A stretch of DNA of 64,000 nt from a virus. Positions 32,136 through 46,080 of the stretch are shown here, piece by piece. A model generated the notes under the pieces. The model was not told the origin of the DNA. It saw only the letters and a program-made list of their open reading frames with translations, and ran no database searches. Where the stretch lies: the IMG/VR virus record IMGVR_UViG_3300045125_000073, positions 24,258 through 88,257 of that record; one strand, given 5' to 3'. The translations under genes and the position numbers were made by a program. Each line of letters begins with the position of its first letter. Within the stretch, counting starts at the first letter, position 1.

Positions 32136-33841
32136 TTAGGCTCTGAATCCAGTTGTCGTCGCTCTGTTGGTTTAGTTATTTGTGGATCATATTCTTCTAC
32201 ATCATCAATTCCGAATATAAATCCAAAACTAAACCAGTCATCTTCTTCTATTTTTTTAATTTCTCCCTCAAATAGTTCTTTTCTGTATGTCTATATTTGT
32301 GATTTCTTTAAAATATGATTGTTTAGTTAACCATGAAAACAGAACTAAACACATGACAAATCGTCATGTATGGCCGTCATCTGCAGCAAAGAATTCCATT
32401 TATGCAACAAAAGATAAGCAATTCTTTAATAACATCTTCGTCTTGTATTAGCAGTTTATCTTGTTCTATAAGACTTTTTAATATAGAACATCCTAGTTTT
32501 TTAACAACAGCAGTTGTTCTAACACCCAAAAGAGTTTCATCCTCGGCCAAATCCACCATTTAAAACCATACCAGATCTTCCTTTATTCATACTGGTTAGT
32601 AGATTATCGTATTCTAAATCGTAATGTAAAATATCTGCAACTTGTCCACCAATATCATTAACTTCTACTAACATGTACGCATTGTTATATTTTTTACCCA
32701 AAGCAGATAATATTGTAGGAAGTAACATAGGAGAAATAATATTATTTCTATATTTTGCTACAATTCGATACGGTGCTTCAGTTATATCAAATACTACAGC
32801 TGCACTATAATCTTTACCTTGACCTCTAGAAGTATCTACAGTCATAGCATATACTCGATTTTGGTTTATGGCTCTTCGTATATCGATAAGCCCTTCTTTT
32901 GTTATGCATGAAGGGTGTTTAGGCGACTAAGAACGTGCAAGTTTGATGTAGAAATCAATGTATTAGACGAACCAATAAAATCACAATCGTATTCACTTCT
33001 AAACTTTTGTTCGCCACCAGAACCACCACCCAATTGTTTAATTGTTCGTTCTTTCCATTTGTGATCACGAAGCGGACCACCAGGATATAATGGAACTTGG
33101 TTCCAATGCACTTCTATTGGAACATATTCGTTTCTTCCGTCTTCTCCCCGTTTTCTGATTGGCTCCTTGCCATAAACTGTAAAACATGTTTAAACCGTTT
33201 GGAGTCGATACAATAATAACTTTAGTTGTTTGACCAGAAGTAATAGTAGGATATACAGAGCTAAAAAACTCGTCTGCAACATTAGGCGGAACGTGTGCAA
33301 ACTCATCTAAAAAGATAACGTTGTATGAACCACCACGGACAGCGGAAGCAGATGTAGCAGATGCCATGACTCTAGATCCGTTTTCTAAAGCTGATAGAAG
33401 TTTTGTTCCATTCTACCACACCATGTTGTAACCATTTTGGTAAGATACTCATACGCTTCTTTTAAGCGTTTCATAATTTCTATGGCGGTTTTTAATTTAT
33501 TTGCTAGATATTGCAATATTAACGTTTTGATTAAATATTAAATAATGAACCATCCACGCAACAGCTAGTTGTGCTTTTGCCTGTTTGTCGTGGTAGTTTT
33601 GCAATAACATATCGATTATTTTGAATAGTATTTACAATATTTTCTTGATAATCGTATAAGCTCAAATGGCTCTAAGACCTTTATCAAGTGTTACAATTTT
33701 AATATATCTTTTAATAAAATAGACAGGATCATTCGAGCACTTAATGTACTCTTCAACTTGTTCTTTTGTAAATTCTATCTGAGTACCAATCTCTTTAAGA
33801 TTGGGATTGCCAAGATAACCTGTTTTCTTTTTATATCCCAT
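32136..33841 (-). CDS. gp17: Terminase large subunit; frameshifted
   Basis: YLGNPNLK, ATSASAVRGGSYNVIFLDEFAHVP, IIVSTPNGLNMFY, TVDTSRGQGKDYSA. Confidence 0.97.
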
Positions 33842-34274
33842 TGTCTAAAAATTTCTGGCTGTCTAATGCCTTTATTACTGACTACGATCTTTGTTTATAA
33901 GGTCTTGCAATTCACTGGTAGATCCAACATATATGGAATTGTTTGTTGTATGATTTACTTTTATGTCTTCTTTTTTGCTTGTTTTGTTTTTTGATATAGA
34001 TCAATAAGATCTTTATTCATTTCTGATACGGTTTTTAATAACTGCCCAAGAACTTCATAAGCTCGTGGTGAATCACCAGCTTTTGCTACTTTAATATTTC
34101 ATCTATAGCAACAGAACCATTATCAATTAGTCCTTTGATATTATCTCGAACATAATTAAAATCACCATCTAGACTAATACCGTGTTACGTTATTTTGTTT
34201 TTTATAATCTCTGTTGGTTCAGATGATTTAAAAGGTATTCCTAAATTTTGTGAAATAATATCAGAAGATTCCAT
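33830..34274 (-). CDS. gp16: Terminase small subunit; frameshifted
   Basis: DFNYVRDNIKGLIDNG...DSPRAYEVLGQLLK...NNSIYVGSTSELQ. Confidence 0.9.
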
Positions 34275-34279
34275 ATAAT

Positions 34280-34287
34280 TATTTATC
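34280..34287 (-). promoter_or_regulatory. T4-type late promoter (GATAAATA) before gp16
   Basis: Motif 5 nt upstream of the ATG. Confidence 0.55.
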
Positions 34288-34290
34288 CGG

Positions 34291-34980
34291 TTAATACCAA
34301 ATACAGTCAAAGTAATTCCAGCAGAATCTATGGATCCAAAAATATTCATATCTACATTTTCAATCTGATAACTAGTATCTATTTTTCCAAATATGTAAGA
34401 TTTAGCTAGAAATTGATATGTACTAACAATAAATCTTCTAGTAGTAAAATCGCCTTCATATTCTTGAGTTAATTGCTGTTAACTAATACTAATAGGAACA
34501 TCTACTTTTTGTTGTAATATCATTCATTTTGCATTGATACTACAAATTCGGGAGAAAAATATGGTAATATTTGTTCCATTATTTGTAAATTTTCTTCTAA
34601 ATTTCTAGTATAAACGTTTACAGTAAAATAAAAAGTTATAAGGAACTTCTGAATATGAATAACGATGTAGTATTAGATTCCGATATCGTGCCTTTTTCTT
34701 AAGTTTTTTATTTAATTTTCTAGTAGGATCGTATACCAAACCAGACAAGCTCAAAAGACATTCTCGGCAGACTTATTTGAATACGAGTTTTATCACTGAT
34801 AGAACTAGGTTCGAGTTAATCGTTTTAATAAATTTTTCTTTAGTAGAATAAGTTAAAGGAACAGTTATTAGATCTTATTATTATTATTTTCATATTGTTC
34901 TATATTGTACGCCATTAAATAAGACTACCAAAACCAATAACTAATTTTCGTATAGAATCGTTTTTATAATGAGTAAACAT
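34291..34980 (-). CDS. gp15: Tail sheath stabilizer / neck completion protein; frameshifted
   Basis: MFTHYKNDSIRKLVIGFGSLFNG, ENLQIMEQILPYFSPEF, YEGDFTTRRFI. Confidence 0.9.
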
Positions 34981-35929
34981 TAGTAATTTCCTTCAGAAAA
35001 TGGGTCAGTTTCGGTGAAATCAAATATATCTAATTTTATATTTTCTACTTCTAATTCGTCATTATCACCTAGTGGTGCTTCCATCTTCACTATTTTAAGA
35101 ACCAGTTGACTGCTAGTACCAAGATAATTAATGACATTACATTCTATACCGCTGTCTACGCCCTTTATGGTATCATTATTGGTACCTAAAACGAATAACT
35201 CCATCTATATTGATTAAACTAACACTTGTTGACCGTATGTTATTAATATTGCGACAAATGCAGTAGCCTGTTGCATTTTCTTCTAATGCAGCTCCTCCGG
35301 TTTTGTTTATAACTTGATACACCTTTTCTCCGGGATAAAACAGATGTGCAGTTAACCCCTCCAAGATCGTATGATACAGAATAAATGCTAGGATATTCTT
35401 TATTTTCTGTGTTGGTTGCGTCTATATCAGTAGTTCCTGTATGTAACAGTTTCTTCGATTATAAGTGAACAATTCGCAGGTTAATTTATAACAAATACAA
35501 TTTTCCGTGTTGATAAAATGGATTTTCGTGTTCTACGAAAGTTTATTTCAAACATAGATTTAGATAAAGGGAAAATAAACTAAATCGCCTTCTCTAGGTC
35601 TTGTTATTGTCGGAAATCTAGTTTGAATTTCTTGTATAAATCGTTTCTTTAGATAGAGTTAAAAATACATTATCTTTAATTTCTATACCAAATTTACTAG
35701 CTATATCTCCCTGACCCTGAAATCCAGTAACAGAATCAATATACATTTCTATAGGGATTGCATTTTTATAATTAACTTGTTTTCCTTCACCAAATATTTT
35801 ATCTATTTCAACAATATTTCTGGGAATATAATACATTTCTCTGCCCATTGTTTTTATAATTTCAATGGTCAGATCTTCTGTTAGATCTTGTTCTCCAGAA
35901 TAATCTTTAAAATAAGGATTTGTTGCCAT
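34980..35929 (-). CDS. gp14: Neck protein; frameshifted
   Basis: MATNPYF...IEIIKTMGREMYYIPRNIV...PIEMYID...GDIASKFG; C-terminal DFTETDPFSE. Confidence 0.9.
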
Positions 35930-35930
35930 A

Positions 35931-36739
35931 TTAACCTGTCATGAAATTAACTGGCAGTTCGTATTCGCGTTGCATTTGTTGTTCTATTATTGCTATTTCA
36001 TTGATTTGCTTCTGCATATATTTGACCACCTCGCATAATAACACCACCAGGTAAAGCAACACCATCAAACTTAGCCATATTTGCTCCCCATTGACGTTTA
36101 ATTAGATGCGGTTAAGATATCGTTTTAAATAACGATCATTAAAAATTTCTGTGTATTTTTCTGGATTTAGATGCAGCATATGCCCATATACAAATCCAAT
36201 CTCCTGCTTTTGTTTCCTCACCCCAATTCATGTCTAGATATAAACGATTGGTTACTTTACTGAATACTACAGCTTTTTCTGGTTGAAATAGGTCTTGTAT
36301 TAATTGAATGTATCGTTTTAGTGGCATCGTATGCATGCAAGACCCATAGAATGTACACCACTAAGATTTCTATTAATACCAAAGTAATCGGTTAATGCTA
36401 ATTGATATCGAATATCAAACATGTTGATGTTGGTAAACGGACCAAACTGCATTACTTTAACAACAGAAACTATTTCTTTACCTGTTGGTCCATCTACTTC
36501 ATTTGGAGAAAGTATATCTTCAGTATTAATATATCCGATTTGTGATATCTTCTGCTGTTAATTGATATTTAAAGAATACCTTTTCAACACCATCAAAATG
36601 GCGTTCAGTAAAATATTGAAGAGCATCGTCTAAACGATCTTCTGCCTGTTGCCAATCTACGTTTATTTCGATAACCGGAGAACCCAGTTGTCGTAAACGC
36701 GTATTCTATGATTGCTTGTCTTGAATTTGGTGTTGCCAT
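35931..36739 (-). CDS. gp13: Neck protein; frameshifted
   Basis: LGSPVIEINVDWQQAEDRLDDALQYFTERHFDG, LIKRQWGANMAKFDGVALPGGV. Confidence 0.92.
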
Positions 36740-36756
36740 AATACTTCTCTTAACAG

Positions 36757-36764
36757 TATTTATG
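36757..36764 (-). promoter_or_regulatory. T4-type late promoter (CATAAATA) before gp13
   Basis: Motif ~17 nt upstream of the ATG. Confidence 0.65.
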
Positions 36765-36770
36765 GCATTT

Positions 36771-37344
36771 TTAATTTAAGGATGGTGGAGGTTGCTGTTC
36801 TTCTTGTCCGGAACTACTCTGCTGGGAGGGATCATCTGGTAGTGTACAGGAACATTCATTACATCATTGTAATCGGGATATTTTCAATATAATATCGTCT
36901 GGTTATTGGTTCATTTGCTTCGTCTGGTTTACTGGGTTTGATAATTAATAAATCCAGGCATATTTAGCGGACAGTTTAATCTAGGATAATCTAATTTACT
37001 GTACTCTTCTCCTTGAGCCATTAACCACGTTCTGGGCTTGTCTCCACAACCACAACCACCACAAAAATGTTTTCCTGGTGTTGTAGCTTTCTTTTAGATG
37101 TTCACATGGAGGAAGCTCACCACCTAGTATGCTGATTACCAAAACAACTCAAGAACACGTAGCTGTTTTGTTGCTTTGTTTACTTTAGTATTAGTAAATG
37201 CCACGAGACGCTAAAGCCGTAGCAAAGCTTTGAACCATTCCCATCTTTTGTAGAAAGAATGCTTTGTGTTTCTTGAGCTAGGAGTTTCTGGTTCTAAACT
37301 CCGGAGCGTTGTTTTGGTTGATTTTTATTGCATCCACATCCCAT
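36771..37344 (-). CDS. Cys-rich hypothetical protein; frameshifted
   Basis: MGCGCNK...LPPCEHL...HFCGGCGCGD...LNCPLNMPGF; AGGAG RBS. Confidence 0.65.
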
Positions 37345-37361
37345 AATATATACTCCTATAT

Positions 37362-38778
37362 TATATAGTAATAATACACAATATTTTTAATAATTTATTA
37401 GACGTATTAATTTTCCAAATATATTCGCCTAAACAATCGCACGCCCAACCTTTTCGTGTTTTTCTTCCAATAATATTTTTACCGTAATCTGCTGACATTG
37501 TTATTTTGTTGTAGTGTACATAAAAGACACGTCTCCCATGTGAATATTTGTTTGTCCGTTTGATGTAAATGTGGTAGATGACATATATTCAGTGTCTAAA
37601 CAATGGTTTGAATTTATCCGTAGAATAATTATATGATATATTTTTAAAGTAAAATGCCAAGTTCGTCTTGACTCGGTATATACCAATCTATTAAATCCTC
37701 TAGTCATCAGTAATAATCTCTAACGAGCATCCATCAAGAACATTTTTGTTTACGATCCTCTAGTTCGAATATGTGTTGTAGTACCCATCATACACAGAAG
37801 ATCCCACAAGTGTTAACGTGTTCATCTGGTTGCATTACACGATGAACTCTCCGTAGTCTTCATTGCTGGCTAACCAATACCCACGCTTTTTCTTTTAGTT
37901 CCTGGCTCCATCAGCCTCGCGCCTCATAATCGGATGATACTTTGTGGCCAATGCACTGCCGTATACGGTAGAGAACCTACAGGTTATAGTAGGAGGTACC
38001 AGGCTTGAATATGCCAACAAATATTCCACCCTGATACTGATCTCCTACATTTGGTAGTTTGTCAATAGGATTTTGTGATATAGTTAATTTTGATTTGATT
38101 ACGTTTTACGGTGTTGCCTTCTACTTACTTCAGAGTAATATATTCCTTGAGCATGGAGACAACACCAATACACGACAAAATACCAGAAATTCCTGGAGGA
38201 GCCCAGACATCCACCGTTACATTCGTTTCTTACGGTGTTTATAGAACAATCAACCGTATCTGGCATTGTTCAGCACTTTGTTGTACAGCAATTACCGTAA
38301 ATATTTTTAATATCGTAACAATTACTGATTATCATTAGGATTGCAGTTATTAGAAATATCTTCTACAGTAATCTTTACACCATTACAAGCAATATTACCG
38401 CCTGCATTTGAACAAACTTCTCCAGGATAAAAAGAGTACGGAAGACCTTCTACTTCTCCTTTATTGGAGTTCTGCGCATTCTTGTTGGGTATCGGTGGTT
38501 TGCAGGTTTGATAATAATAATTATCTGCCTTTTCCCAGTAACAACAAGCCCCAGACTACAGGAGCAAGAAATGGATTTGCAGCACAAGGAGCATCAGTAG
38601 GACAGTTTACTGATGTGGTTTCTCCAGGTAAAAAATACCCGGTTCTATTCGAACAATCTGCTCTTGTGATATCTGCGATGTTTGGTCCACAACAATAACC
38701 TGTCGTAGTTTGCCCTACGACACCACCTAAAGCCAACGGAGAATATTCTTGTATTCTGGATCTAAATTGTATGGACAT
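37362..38778 (-). CDS. Cys-rich tail-fibre-associated protein with a DUF1566/Lcl-like C-terminal domain; frameshifted
   Basis: MSIQFRSRI start, GYCC repeat, VGDQYQGGIFVGIF, DWYIPSQDEL. Confidence 0.55.
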
Positions 38779-41700
38779 TAACAATCCTCCAACGAATTAC
38801 AGAACAACAAGTTGTTAGTGCAGTCTATATTAGCACAAACACCGTCTATATTTTTACTTTTTATGAGAACATTATCTAATGAGAATTCGTCTGAAGTATC
38901 AGGAAGTCCCGCAATAAATTGTTGTGAAAGGTTTTGCTCTAACAGTAAATATTCTTGTAATAGAACGCGCATCTGACTGTCTCCATTTACTATAACATTG
39001 CCCTGATCGTTTAATATATGTTTACAACAACTCTCATCTTAAATACAATTTTAACTATATTTTCTCCGTTTACACGAGGAGCCCATTCTGATGCTACAGT
39101 CGGTGTAAACACCAAAATTTTGCTGGTACCGTGAAAGTTGTATTGATGATTTTTAGAATGCAATATTTGTTGTTGTTCAGGGTTAACTTTCAGTATTATT
39201 AGCATCTCCAGCAGCATTTAAATCCTTTAACTAACCACCCTTCTAAGATAACTGATTGTATCTGTGGATAAAGTCCTTTTTCTATATTTTTGTTTAATAC
39301 TATGTTTGGGTAAATAGTTACGGTGGAAGCTGTTCCGTCTGTATGAATTATTCCTTGCTAACATTAGGATTGCTAACAATTGCAGGCATTGCTGTTACAG
39401 AAGATACACCACTCGAAAAAGATACACTGTTTACAATATTTGGATCGTGAGTATAGATGAGCATTTATCATAGGAACTTCTTATACTTCCTACACCGCCA
39501 AGAATACCACCTAATTGAGAAAGATTATTACCGGTAAAGATAAACACAAGACTCTACCGTATAATATTGATCATTAATATTTCCACGATTCATGAAGATC
39601 AAACTGGAAAGGAACTTGAAGAAAATCCTTTGTAATAGTGAACCCCTTCACCCGGATTCACGAATTTTATAAACCCGTCTTCACTATCCAAAACTCTCTG
39701 CCCAAGTGTCGTTAGGAATAACAGTGAAGTTGTCTCCAGGACCTATTTGATTTAGTGTATACAGGTTTCATCCCATCCGGTCATTGTTCTATTAAGACCT
39801 AAATCTAAATGGGCATTTTCAAACGGTAAGCTTATGGGAGTTATTAAATCAGAGATCTGGGATTGTATCTGGAATGAATGTAGGTATTACGTGGTGTTGT
39901 TGGGAGTGCCAAAGAGAATATTATAGTGCAGATTTTGTACTGGATACCTGATCGGAACAACCAGAATCTAAAACAAACGGACTTCCACCATCACATCCGG
40001 CAATCCACGGAAAAGTATCTCTAACAGAAACTTCAGGTTGTTCTGCACAAGTGTTTATTGGTCTTATAAACAAATTAAGTGGTAGATTAATTGTGCCAGA
40101 ACCAATGCCCCAATATTTTCAAAGACGTATCTAACAGATCGCTGTAATTATTTTTTCCTAAATTGTTAGTACCACACTGATAACAATTTTTATACGAATA
40201 TTGATCGTACGATTTAAGACATGAATTTTTTCCACCAGAACATATAGTAGAATTTGAATTACATTCTATAGAATTTGTATAATATTTATCCAACAGATCT
40301 GCCACAACCAGTCCGGAAGGTAGTCCTTTAGTGCCTGCGAATGGCACATACTCTGGTATTTTTGGAAATAAAGTTAAGTTTCCTGTTTTATTGCCGTTCT
40401 ACTATAACGCATCGTGTCCCAATCACCAAAAAATTCTGGATCGAACACAACACCTGGCGAGTTTTTATTAATTTCTGAACACGAATTGGTGTATCGTGTA
40501 TCTACCGTATAAACAACACCACCTGTATTAGGATCTGTTAGTCCTGTGCTTTTAAATACGTTACCGTCCGTATCACCAGAATACTCAGAATTATTAATAA
40601 ATTTTAATTTTGGATTACTGGGATCGGTGCGATCTAAATTAGCTTGGGGATATTTCGCCTATAAGATATAAAGAACCAGACCCACAAGGTATTCCTGATA
40701 ACAATTCTTTCGTGTCTAATTTTGATATTGTTGTAAAAAGTCCTGGTAACTGGTTTTCTGGTCTGTTTATACTAACAGAAACTACCGTATTTCCAAAATC
40801 TGAATCACCATTTAGTAGTTTTGTTGAACAAAATTTATCTTAAATCTATATTTCCAGATATTCTATTAGCCACCAATCTAACAACTCCCCAGTTGTACAC
40901 AGAAACACAACCGTCTACTCCTGTCATTCCTACAGGAACGGATTTAGTTGTGATGAAATTATTTTTTTGTACTCTAATTCGGTTTTTGAAAGTATTGGTT
41001 TTTTTACTTAATATTAAATAATATTTTACGGTTTCGTTAGTATTTGGTGTGTATTTAAATATAGCATTACCGTTAACATTATTAAACATGGCTGATTCCA
41101 GTACACGGAACTATATCTGATGTAGGATTAAGTCTTACTGCTTGATTTTGTCTTGCAGGATTAAACGCCAATCTTGGGTTTGGTCCACCGTCATTATTTT
41201 GTAGAGCTAACAATCGTTGTCCCAGAGAATCTAACAGTGTTTTAATGTTTGGTGGAGTAATGCCGTATTTGGTTAATTTACTGTACGATTCCGGAGAAAA
41301 TTCTATGGTATTGTAATACGGATTAAAACTTCTTCCTGCAGGACAATTTGTGGAAACTGGTGCTATTTTTGTTTCACCTTTAAAGCTACCAACATTATTT
41401 GTAGAAAGATTTTGTAGCTGATAGTATTACACGTAGGATCGGTAAAGAACTGTAGAAAATTGTTCTGCAAGCCCAAACAACCGTTGCCACACAACCACTA
41501 GAATCTGGAGTATTGACTTCTGTTTGTTGGTATGGGTCTGGGGTTAAACTCTGAACGGGGCTGTTCCAAATTCGTCTACACCACTTTGTATATCTGTACA
41601 AGATTTATTGCTGACACTTCTTCTAATAAGTCAGATTTGCAAGTTTCGGTTTGTTGCTACCATTTACATTATAAGTACAATCCCAAACGTTGTCGTATAT

Positions 41701-44700
41701 TAGAATACACAGCAGAATCTAAACTTATACCCCAACCACAGTCTTGTACTTGGGCTACACAAACGTTTGCAAATAACTTGTTGTTCTTTTAGAACTGATG
41801 GAGTACAATCATTCACAATTGGAGTTGTATTTTTCGGCAATCTGTGCAGTACCTCTGCATGGTTGCACGTAATTTGCACTTTATATTTGCTGGATTAGCG
41901 TTCTACCGTGCACGAATCTACATCCTCTTCTGGTTTCTGCGGACGACCGTTAAAATACATCAACAAATTTAGCGAAGAACAGTAGCACCACTTGCAGTTC
42001 TTTACAGTCATCTGGTAGATAAACTGGTCCTAGATCTGTCACATGCACCATTGTTAACCGCTAGGATCTAGCCCATGGATCGAATACGTAACAGTCACAG
42101 GAACCACTAGCTTGATTGGCTGTACATTCGGTCGTGTTATCCGGTTTGTCCCAGTTTCTGTACAGTTATGGTTGGAGAACCTGGAGGTAAGTTGTGGAAC
42201 TGTTACCGTATTCGAAGGTAGAACTAATTTTAACTGGTGCTAGCGAAGTTGGTAGTAAAGCGATAAGATTAAAATCAGCTTCGTATCTAAATGATCTGGA
42301 GTTCCTGGTTTGGGCGCTCTTTTGTAAAGCTACCTTCATTCAATACATTTCTAGTCTGTATGGACCGTCGATTGGTGTTTAAGAAAGTATTCGTAATTGT
42401 CTGTGACATGGGGTAGTGCAGTCTCTGCTCAATAAAGTCCACTGACCAGAGCAATTAGAAAATGTGGTTTGTGAGCACATTCCAGCCACTACAGCATTTG
42501 CCTAATAGCACCTTCAACAACCGCAATACACGGATTTGTAACTATTTTTCTCAGATCCTAGGATAAAATACTCCATTGTTTTGCTTAAACGCACGACAGT
42601 TAGCGCAGTTTGTTGCTACGGAAGTACAGCCTTCGACAGCAATACACCCCAAACAAGATGTGATCGCATTGCTTCACAATTACTAACACAATTTGCGGGA
42701 GGAATAATCGGTGATTCTGCACCAGGAGACTTCTGGACAAACAAATCTCTAAGCCCTGTTCCATTCTGGAACAAAACGTTTCAACACACGGTTTTAAAGT
42801 AGGAGCTCCACCTGAGCAAATTTACAAGTCTTGTAACGGTAGTGGATTTGACATAATTTCTTAGACCAGATGGTATTGCATCGTGGCAAACAACAATAAC
42901 ACAAGCTGGTCTCCGTTTCCCGTCGTTACGAATATTAGTGCAACCTATATCACCACAAGTTTGATCCTAAGTAGTCTAGTCCAATGACCAGTATTCGTAC
43001 CACGGATATACAGACTTTTGTCTGCACTGAATATCTGCTTTCTAATTTTACTACACCACCAACGGATTCACAAAAAAAGTTAGTGCAGGACTATTAAATT
43101 GTACTTTACCACAATCAGCAGCAGCTTAGATACAATTGCACAACAATGCCCATTAAAACAGCCGTGTTGATTGGTTGTTGCATTGATATTGTTTTCCGTC
43201 TACGTCCTGTGGCTGTAATGATTTGAACTTGAGGCCAAACATTATCTGTCAGTCCTGGTAAGTATCGTGTTGTGGATAGAATTTATAGTCTGTAATCCAC
43301 TCTGGTTAGTCTTACAATTTGGTCCTAACACAATTTTGTTGGTTTGTTATTAATTGAGCACAATCAGATCGTGTTAGTTGGTTTGTTGCGGAGGTCCACC
43401 TGGGCCACCATAGACCTCCCAACGAGTTAAAACACAGACAGTCATCTGGATTTCCACATATTCCTATCTCGTTATGGACCACAAATGATCTGAAATTTGA
43501 TTACAGTGTTTATTCCTGAAGTAAAATGGCCTCCTAATGCTGCACAGCCGGATCGTTTTGGTGTTTGTGGCACAGACCGGATCCCAGACAGCATGCACCG
43601 TCTTCATTCACTTGACAGAGAGTAGATGTACAGGGGCCGTCTTTAGGAATTCCACCCAAAAGAAGTACAAGCAGACTCTTCTACATCTATTATAACAAAA
43701 ACCGTCCACACAACAAGATCTAAACACACCACACGAGTCACTACAAATCTTTTGAGGAGTAAATACTCCTCCTAAATAACTTGACGCAGATTTCTGGTGA
43801 AACGTATTCAGTAGCATAAGCTGGTATCCACTGTTATGACAGCACGATCCCACAGAATCACTGTAAAACGGACCACCATATCCCATACCACGCGCAACTA
43901 TGGCACCATTAAATGTTAAACCGCCGTTTGCTGGTCCACAGATGAAGAATATTAGTTCCAGATAAAAACCCATAGTTGGTCAAGCCCTGTGGAGGTTGAT
44001 GTTGAATCACTAAAATACACATTATGCGGGCAGAGTTCCATAACATCAGATCCTTCAACAAAGAAGTGTGTACGATCGAACTGTGCGTTAGAATCCGAAG
44101 AAACGAGTAAAGTTTGAAATACCTATGGGAGTGCTGTAGTATTATATGTAGAATATTTGTCTAAATTTACAGTTACAATTCCATCAGAACTAAAACTAGT
44201 AATTACGTTGTCTGTTGCTATTGTGGGATTTATTCTGTATAAGGGAGGCAACGGTGTACAACATTATCCGTAAAATCTGAATAAACTTTAATGGAGCCAG
44301 TTGCTCCGTCGTGCTGCTGTTAACCCTATAGACAGGACATTTTTACTGCCTGTAATTCCTATTCTGGTAGCTGTGGCAGACGATGTGCTGGTGGTGTACA
44401 ACAAAAAATTGGTTGCTGTGTTTCCGTAGTTTACTGAATTTGCTGTTTCACTTACAGATTAGATAAATTTATTTCGTTTATCAGAAGACTCTAATGAAGC
44501 AGCAAATAGATCCAGCACCAGTAATTCCCCTAAATTCTAAAGTAGTTACCACTAACAACACGTTTAAATAAACTAAAGACATTGTTTACGTTTAATGAAT
44601 TGAAAAATGGACGACACACCTGTAAGACCACTGACATTAGAGTAGTTATCCGGTTGGCTCCAGTGATACCCTGTAGCAAATAAAGTATTACCATCACTTA

Positions 44701-44896
44701 AACTAAAAGTTATTATATTTGTTTATGGTTCTGGTGATTTACAATGTAATATAGGCTCCAGTTGATACCTGTGCCTTCCTGTATTACCCGTTCCCTGGGG
44801 GCCTGTAGGGCCTCTGGGGCCTGTGAGGTCCTTGAGGTCCTGTTAAACCAGTCAGTTTGTACTGATTATTGTACTGTTTCCAATAATAGAAGGCAT
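38778..44896 (-). CDS. Giant (~2000 aa if single) Cys-rich repeat virion/fibre protein; heavily frameshifted, may be more than one gene
   Basis: Start MPSLIIGNS with a TATAAATA promoter; GPQGPTG repeats; GSCC/RSCC/GACC/GKCC motifs; no obvious internal RBS-ATG seen. Confidence 0.45.
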
Positions 44897-44905
44897 ATTT
44901 TAATT

Positions 44906-44913
44906 TATTTATA
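44906..44913 (-). promoter_or_regulatory. T4-type late promoter (TATAAATA)
   Basis: Exact consensus 9 nt upstream of the ATG at 44896. Confidence 0.65.
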
Positions 44914-44918
44914 TAAAT

Positions 44919-46079
44919 TTACCCGATCAAAGACAGGCACCGGGCCCTGACTACAAATTCGATCTCATGGAAAGTACCACCAAATTTTACACATAATGCT
45001 CTAGTAGAATCCACACATCTGCCTGGAAGGCAACAAGCACCCCAATCATCACAGTCTGCAGATCTTCTTGAGAACACGGAATAGACAAAAATGTTGCCTT
45101 GGATGTAATCTACACAATAATCTTCTGTGGTATAATCTAAACAACGTTTCTTTCCAGTTCCATCACAATAACAACAAGATCCCATTTTTCTTTGGTGTAT
45201 TTAACTGGTGGTTCTGCTAAACTGTCAGATCTAAACACTCTAGAAGTATATTCTCCAAAAGTAGTTCCTATTGTGGTTGTGGCTCCAGAATAAGTAGTAT
45301 TATAATAAAACCTGTTGGTCCATTCTGTAACACTAGACTGTTGATTTATATTATTAAAAATATAAGAAGAAGTATTAGAAAGTTGTTTTAAATATTCCCT
45401 TACTGATGCGGGTGGTGTCAGATTAATGTTAGTAATGCCTGTGATGTTTTTTATTTGTATAAACTGATTTATTGTACCACTTAAAAGATGCCCCGTTGTT
45501 ATACCTACTGTTGTTTCCGTGTATCTTAAAGACAGGATTACCCGCAGTATCCATCAAACCAAAAGCAGTATTTCCGTAAGCTCCTAATATAGAACCTGTA
45601 GCTCCAAGGCTTTTATTACTAGTTGTTATTCCATGAAATACCAGATCATCACCACTATAGTATAAACTCAATCCTCCTTTTCCAGAAAGACTTGTAAAAA
45701 ATAAAGTAAATCCACTTTGTCTACTAGGCTCCTCCTGATACAGTTATACCAGAAAATAATGTATTTATACTAGTTGTTGATAAAGGTCTTAAAGAAATAT
45801 TAGATCTTATTCGTGATTCTTCTGTTGTTGCTGTATTACCTGATACGCCAGTAACACCAAATACCAAACCAGTATTCAAATATAAACTTAATCCGTCAGG
45901 ATAATTTACTCAACAAGAATAATACCAGCACCAGTACTTCCCGTGTTTCCGGTGTTTCCTAATGTGGTTATAGAAGGACCGGTTTCTCCGGTAGGTCCAG
46001 TTGGTCCTCTAAACGAATATTGACCTTGAAGAGGTATACTACTTGCAAAAAATTTGTTTGAAGAACCTATATTTCTCAT
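44919..46079 (-). CDS. Fibre-like protein with GPTG motifs and Cys-rich repeats; frameshifted
   Basis: MRNIGSS...GPTGPTGETG; GSCCYCDG, WGACCLPGRCVD. Confidence 0.55.
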
Positions 46080-46080
46080 T

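Noticed and set aside
20854-33841. Introns, inteins or homing endonucleases in uvsW, gp23, gp20 or gp17
   Set aside because: Reconstructed lengths (~508, ~496, ~542, ~568 aa) match ordinary T4-like homologs, and no LAGLIDADG, HNH, GIY-YIG or intein motifs were seen.
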